DNA from: Fonticula alba ATCC 38817
Taxonomy: Eukaryota > Protista > Nucleariida
Direction: 5' to 3' (one strand)
Assembly (NCBI GenBank): GCA_000388065.2
Contig: KB932206.1
DNA length: 14,483 nucleotides
The notes under the pieces were generated by a model, which searched no databases, was not told where the DNA came from, and saw only the letters and a program-made list of their open reading frames with translations. A program made the translations under genes and the position numbers. This document shows positions 9,019 to 14,483 of the stretch, one piece after another (within the stretch, counting starts at the first letter, position 1; each line of letters begins with the position of its first letter).

Positions 9019-12000
9019 CTACGGCGGCAGGGCCACCCCCTTGAGGCGGAAGTTGAAGCGCGTGCGGCCCGGCCGGAAGAGCCCGCAGGCGACCGGGGCG
9101 CTATACTCGTCGAAGAGGAGCTCCGGCGAGAAGACCAGCGCCCCGCCGGGGGCCGCGAAGGCACGCCGCTCCAAGAGGACCATGCTGCCGTCCGGGAAGG
9201 CGGTCTCCAGGGCGGCCTGCAGGTCGCGCTGTGACAGGGCCACGCTGGCCGGCGGCGCGCGGGTGCCTGCCGGCGGGGCACCGGGCTCGGCCGGCGATGC
9301 GGCCGGTGGCCCGGCTGCAGGGGGCGGGTCGGCCTCGCCGGCGCCGGCCTCGCTTCCGGCCGGGTCGAGGCTCACCCGCATGTGGACCACGTCCAGCTGG
9401 GTGGGCGCCTCCGAAAAGTACAGGCTGGTCATGAGGGTGTCCTCGGCCCGGATGAACTGGCCGAAGTCCGCGCACACGCGGATGACCCTCGGCGTGTCGT
9501 GCGCATCGGCCAGCCGGGCAACGAACAGCCGGCCGCGGCAATCGAAGAACAGGCACTCGGCCTCGAGCTGGCAGCGGGACGTCTCGCGCAGCGACTGGAA
9601 GAGGTCGCGCGGGAGCATGAGCCCGGCGTACAGGGGGCTGGGCGTCGGCACGAAGTCCGTGTCCAGCACCATCGTCGAGCACCGTCGGGACAGGGCCAGG
9701 CCGAAGGGCCGCGGCACCAGGGTCAGCCCGTAGTCCGAGGTGTCGAAGTGGATGCGCGTCACCCCGGGGACCACGACACCGGCCTTGACCGGCTCCCGGT
9801 TGCCGCCGGTCATGTGCGATGCCGTGAAGTTGATGAAGAAGGGCCCGAGCGTCGAGGAGACAAACTGCCAGCGGCGATTGGAGGGGGTTTCCCGGTCAGC
9901 CGGCCGGCAGCGGCCGCGGGCCACCGGGCGCCGATCGGCCACGGGGATCCCCACGGGTTAGGGCATGTTTCCGGGCGGCGCCGACAGGGGCCAGGGAGGG
10001 GGCCGGGGCAAAGGGCAGCATCGACGGCGCCCGGGGCGCACCTGCATCAGTGGGATGGCGCCTCCCTTGGGGAGCTTCGCGAAGAACATGCGCTCGAGCA
10101 GCCCCGGCTCCAGGTCCGGAAGCCGGTACTCCCCATCCGAGGTGATGTGGCATGTGAGGGTCGAGAGCACCGGCGTCTGGGTCGGCGCCAGGTGGAGGAC
10201 GGTCATGTAGCGCTGGAGGAAGTTCATCCCCACCAGCACGTGGTTCGGCAGGAGGTCCAGTCTCGGGTTCTTCTGGGGCCTGGTTCGGGACCGATGGAGC
10301 GGACGTGTCCGGGCGCGCGGGGAGGGGCGTGTTACAGGGAGGTGCGGCTGGGTGGCGGGGCGCAGCAGGCGGGGGGCGGGGTGGAGGGCGGGCTCCGGGC
10401 GGTGGGGTGCACGCGAGGGGAGGCTGCCCGCCAGGGAGGCACGCGCTCGCGGCCCGACGCAGCGGGACCCCGGCCACACGGGGGCCCACCCCGAGGGACG
10501 TACACAATGCTGCCCTTGTCGTTGACCAGGATCTCCGGCCCGGGCTCCAGAAAGTAGGTCTCCAGCGAGATGAATGTCTCTTCCGGCACCATGAGCGAGT
10601 TGTGGGACACCTTGCTGGGGCTGATGTTGGTGGACACCGGCAGGCGCAGGTCCCGGCCCAGCAGCGGCAGCTGCAGCAGCACCGTGTGCGGCGGTTCCAT
10701 GATTCGGAAGCCCTCCTTGATGGCGGCATCGACAAATGTGAAGGCCGGGGTCTCGCGTGTGAGCAGGTGCCCGGACTTCAGCGGCTGCAGGTAGGCATTC
10801 ATCAGCCGGTCCACGCGCATGCTCATCAGCACGCCCGTCACCGAGATGTCGAACTCCTGCAAGGGGGCATACCCCCGCGGGCCGGGTACACCATGCCCCG
10901 GGCCGGGTGGCGGCGGGCTTCCATGCGTCAGTCGGGGCTCCCCGCTGGCCGAGGCCGCTCGACCCCCCCCCCCCCCCTTCTCCTGGCCCGCGCTCCTTAC
11001 GCACCTGTCCCACGGTCAGCACGGAGTCGTCCAGCTTCTGCAGGAACTCCCGCACCAAGTCCCCGTGCTTGGCGTAGTGCGAGAAGGACGTCTTCTTGAA
11101 GAGGACCAGCTCGATCAGGCCCACCTGCGCCGGCGAGGCGGTGGCCGCCGCCCAGAAGCAGGTCTGCTGGCTGAATATCCGCTCGAAGTCCCGCCGGTTG
11201 AGGATGATCTGCTCGTCCGACAGCGGCCTCTTCGGGTTCGGATCCGGGCTGGGGGTGGCGTGGGCGCGGCCGCACCCGCGGCGGGGAGGCGCATGTCAGA
11301 CACGGTAAGCCACATGGAAGCCACACACATGCACACATTCAGCACCCCCACGCACTAGATCATCAGCAGGTGCCCGCCCCACTGGAGGAAGGCGTCGGTC
11401 CCGTCCGGCAACCGGTGGCGCAGGCGTCGATAGACCCCCGGGCTGACGGCCGCCCAGCCGGCCCGGAAACTGGCCAGCTCGCTGGCGACCGCCGCCAGGG
11501 ACAGATGGCCGCCGTCCTCCTCGGCCCCCGCCACCGCGGGGAGCTGGACAAGCAGCCAGTGGCCGCCAGGGGCCGAGGGGTCTGCCCGGCCGGCGGTCGC
11601 TGGCCCTGACAAGTTGGCGGCCGCCGGCGGTGGGGGATCGAGCGCGGCAGCCAGGGGGGCCTCGTCGGTGGAGACCGTCAGCGCCTCGACTCGGCCGCCG
11701 CCCGGCGGCAGGCGCCCAGCCGGCCGCGGCACGTCCGGCTCCCCGAGCCAGCATATCCGCCGGACGATGCAGCACACGTCGACGCCTTGGGAGCTGAAGG
11801 AGAGCGGCTGCGAGAGAAAAGAAAAGGGGCCAGGCGACATGTCAGAAGGCGGGCGCCGCATGGCGGATCGGGGGCCCGGGTCATGCCCGCCCGGACACGC
11901 ACCCGGTCCAGTCGCATGGTGGCGTCGCCGTGCGCCTGCAGGAAGTCCAGCTTCAGGCGCTCCAGCGGGATGTCCACCGGCTGGCCTGAGGCACCCTCCC

Positions 12001-14404
12001 GGACGAAGGACACCTCGACGGACTCGGCCACCGGCAGGTCCGGCGCCGGGGACAGGACCATCGGCTCCAGGCCGAAGCCGCCCAGCATGTCCAGGTCCCG
12101 GGGATGGATCGCGGCCCCGAACCGCGTCACTCGGTCGCTGGCACTGGGGCGGGGGGTCAGTTCACGCGCATGCGTCTCTTTGGAAGGGCCACGGGCGAGG
12201 AGTACGCACCGGATGTCGAGGTGCGCCCCGCCGCTGGTGAAGCGCACGACATCGACCGGGCAGCCGCTCGGGCTGGCGATGCGCCGGAAGGCCGCCGGCG
12301 ACACGAGGACCGTGCGCTCGGTGCCGGGCGTGCCCGGGGGCAGGGGCTCCGGGGCCAGCATGACCACGCCCGGGTCCTCCGCATCCGGCCAGATGGCCAC
12401 CAGGTGGTTCTGGTCGGCCGGCAGGCCGCGCGGCGTCTGGACATAGAGGACGGTCGCCGCGGGCATGGATGTGCGCTCAGGAGCGCCATGGCTCTCGAGC
12501 GTGGGGGCAATTCGGGCTGCAGCCGCGCTGCCGAGCTGAGCGGGGCCGGGTGGGAGGCCGCGCGTCCCCAGTCGAGCCGGCCTGGGGCAACTCAGCTCGG
12601 ACGCATGGCGGCCCGGGACACCCGGATGGGCCTTGCTGTGGCGGCTAGACTCGCCACAGCCTCGCCCGCCCGGGCCTGGCCTCGTGGCATCCTCCGCAGG
12701 CAGCCGGCCACTTGGCGCCTTTCGGGCATGGAGATGAGCCGGCGTCGGGGCGATGCACACGGGCCGCGGCTTCGGGGGCTCGGGCGGCAGTGGCACCGGG
12801 GCGGACGGCGGGGCAACCCGGCGGCGTTCGTCCGCAGATGCCACCCCCACGAGGACATCGCGGAAGTCCCGGTCCATGAGCCGCTTCACCCGGATCGAGG
12901 CATGCGGCTCCTCGAGGTGGACGATCTGTCGTGGCGGGGGGTCAGGGCGGGATCGCACGAGAGCAGGCCGGTGGGGCTGTCGGGACGCACGTCGCCCACG
13001 CGCAACGGCGCGCCGGCCAGCTGGCTGAGTATCCGCTGGCGCTCATGCGGACGAAGCCCCTGGGGGCTGTCGACCCACGCGACGGCCAGGGCGGGCGGGG
13101 CGTCGCACAGGGTCAAGCGGGCCGGGCGCCCGTGCAGCTCCATCCCCAGCGACGCGAGCAGGCGCCGGTCCGCCCGCAGATATATCCCAGGTGGGGTCTT
13201 GCGCTGGCAAATACTGATGAGAGGATGTCAGTCCATGCCGGGGGAACGGCCGCATCCGGAAGACCGGCCCCCCCCGAAGCGCGGGCTCACAGCGCACCGG
13301 ATCTGGAAAACGCGCTTCTCATGCGCCGCGTAGAAGGGGCCGTCCGGGGCGCCCGGGCGCCATGCCGCCAGCAGCCGGGCCACCGGGCCGCCGGCCGGGG
13401 CGAGCAGCACATCCAGGTTGGGACCCGGCGCGAACATCGCATGGACCATGTGGTGCTGCTCCGGGAGGGGCGACGCGCCCGGGGCCAGGACCGTCGGGCC
13501 GCCCGGTGGTGCCAGGGCCACGACCACCGGCGCGTCCAGCAGGTCCATGCTCGGCCCGGCGGTCAGCACGATCCGCGTCGACGGGCCGATCAGGCCGCAT
13601 GGGGAGACGCCCCCGCGGCCGCCGGCGACGGCGGCGTCCGTACGGAGCTCAACCACCGCCAGCTCCAGCGCGGGGGCCCCCTCGGTCGGCAGGGTCAGCG
13701 CCAGTGGCAGAACCTGCCAACGGCCAACCCGGCGGGGAACATGGTCAGACACATGTGCAACATAGAGGATAAAGACACCCGGCGTCCTGGTCGCACCTCC
13801 GACGCGTGCAGCAGCAGCCCGTGGCCGGCGAGAGCCGCCTTGGCCGCGGCCTCCAGCGCCGAGAACGGGATCTGGTGCGGTCGATCATCCACGGAGGCGG
13901 CCACACCCACCGGGCGCACGGCGAAGCAGGCCGCCTCCAGCGCCGGCGGCAGGAACCGCTGCACTTCCAGCACGCCCGCCCTCCCGAAAGGAAAGAGCCG
14001 ATAGAATTCGTCGCCGGGGAGAACGCAAAAGTCGGCGGCCCGGGGATCCGGGCTGGGGGGGGGGGGAGAGAGAGAAAAAGAGCAGGTCGCGCCCGAGTGT
14101 GAGCGGCCCCCGGAAAGGGACGGCAGCAGCGGCGGAGGAGGCACACGTACCGCGCCCGGAAGAGCCGGTCATTGGCAGTCAGGAAGATGTGCTCGCCGGG
14201 GTGAGCCCCGGCCGCGGCGGCCAGCTCGTCAAAGAGCCCAGGGGCGATGAGCAGCTGGCTCGGCGAGGTGTAGCCGCCCTCGAAGAACCGGGCCCCCGGG
14301 CACACCGGCCAGGCCGCCGTGTCCAGGGGCAGATCCACCCCGCCGAGGCGGAGCAGTCGCCGGGGCGGGGCCGATGTGGGGGAGCCCGCCGCGCGGAAGG
14401 CCAT
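9019..14404 (-). CDS. Uncharacterised 1434-aa protein made of six tandem CDC48/p97/NSF N-domain-like modules, no ATPase domain; 10 exons (14404-14151, 14052-13797, 13713-13298, 13213-12991, 12925-11903, 11807-11356, 11248-11005, 10856-10504, 10279-10042, 9864-9019)
   Basis: Nine introns have GTGCG/GTACGT donors and YAG acceptors, several with a visible CTGAC branch point. They join the ORF-track fragments into one 4305-nt frame ending at TAG 9021-9019. The gene model is well supported. The product call rests on recurring motifs that resemble p97 N-domain segments (by eye). The start at 14404 is near the window edge, so further upstream exons cannot be excluded. Confidence 0.72.
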
Positions 14405-14483
14405 CGTGCCAGGCGACGACGCAGGGTAGTTGAGGCAGAGGCAAGGGACGGGGGAGGAGAGAGTGGGGGTGGGACCTCCCCCC

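Overview
This is very GC-rich, intron-containing eukaryotic genomic DNA with two assembly gaps (N at 3698-3727 and 5932-6398). The introns follow GTGCGT/GTACGT...CTGAC...YAG. The style suggests a holomycotan amoeba such as Fonticula, but that is inference only. I can support three protein-coding genes: (1) a 2-exon, insertion-rich WWOX/RDH11-14-like short-chain dehydrogenase (+, 512-2986); (2) a 6-exon mitochondrial ribosomal protein uL15m (+, 3848-5452); (3) a 10-exon gene on the minus strand (14404-9019, 1434 aa as I splice it). There are also three intronless tRNA genes: Pro-AGG, Ile-AAT and Arg-ACG. The main find is gene 3. Spliced by hand, it appears to consist of six diverged tandem copies of a p97/CDC48/NSF/PEX1/UFD1-type N-domain (double-psi beta-barrel plus beta-clam) with no AAA ATPase domain. 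Its introns recur at equivalent positions and phases in the repeats, which is independent evidence of internal duplication. The fold assignment comes from motif comparison by eye and needs structure prediction or an HMM search to confirm.
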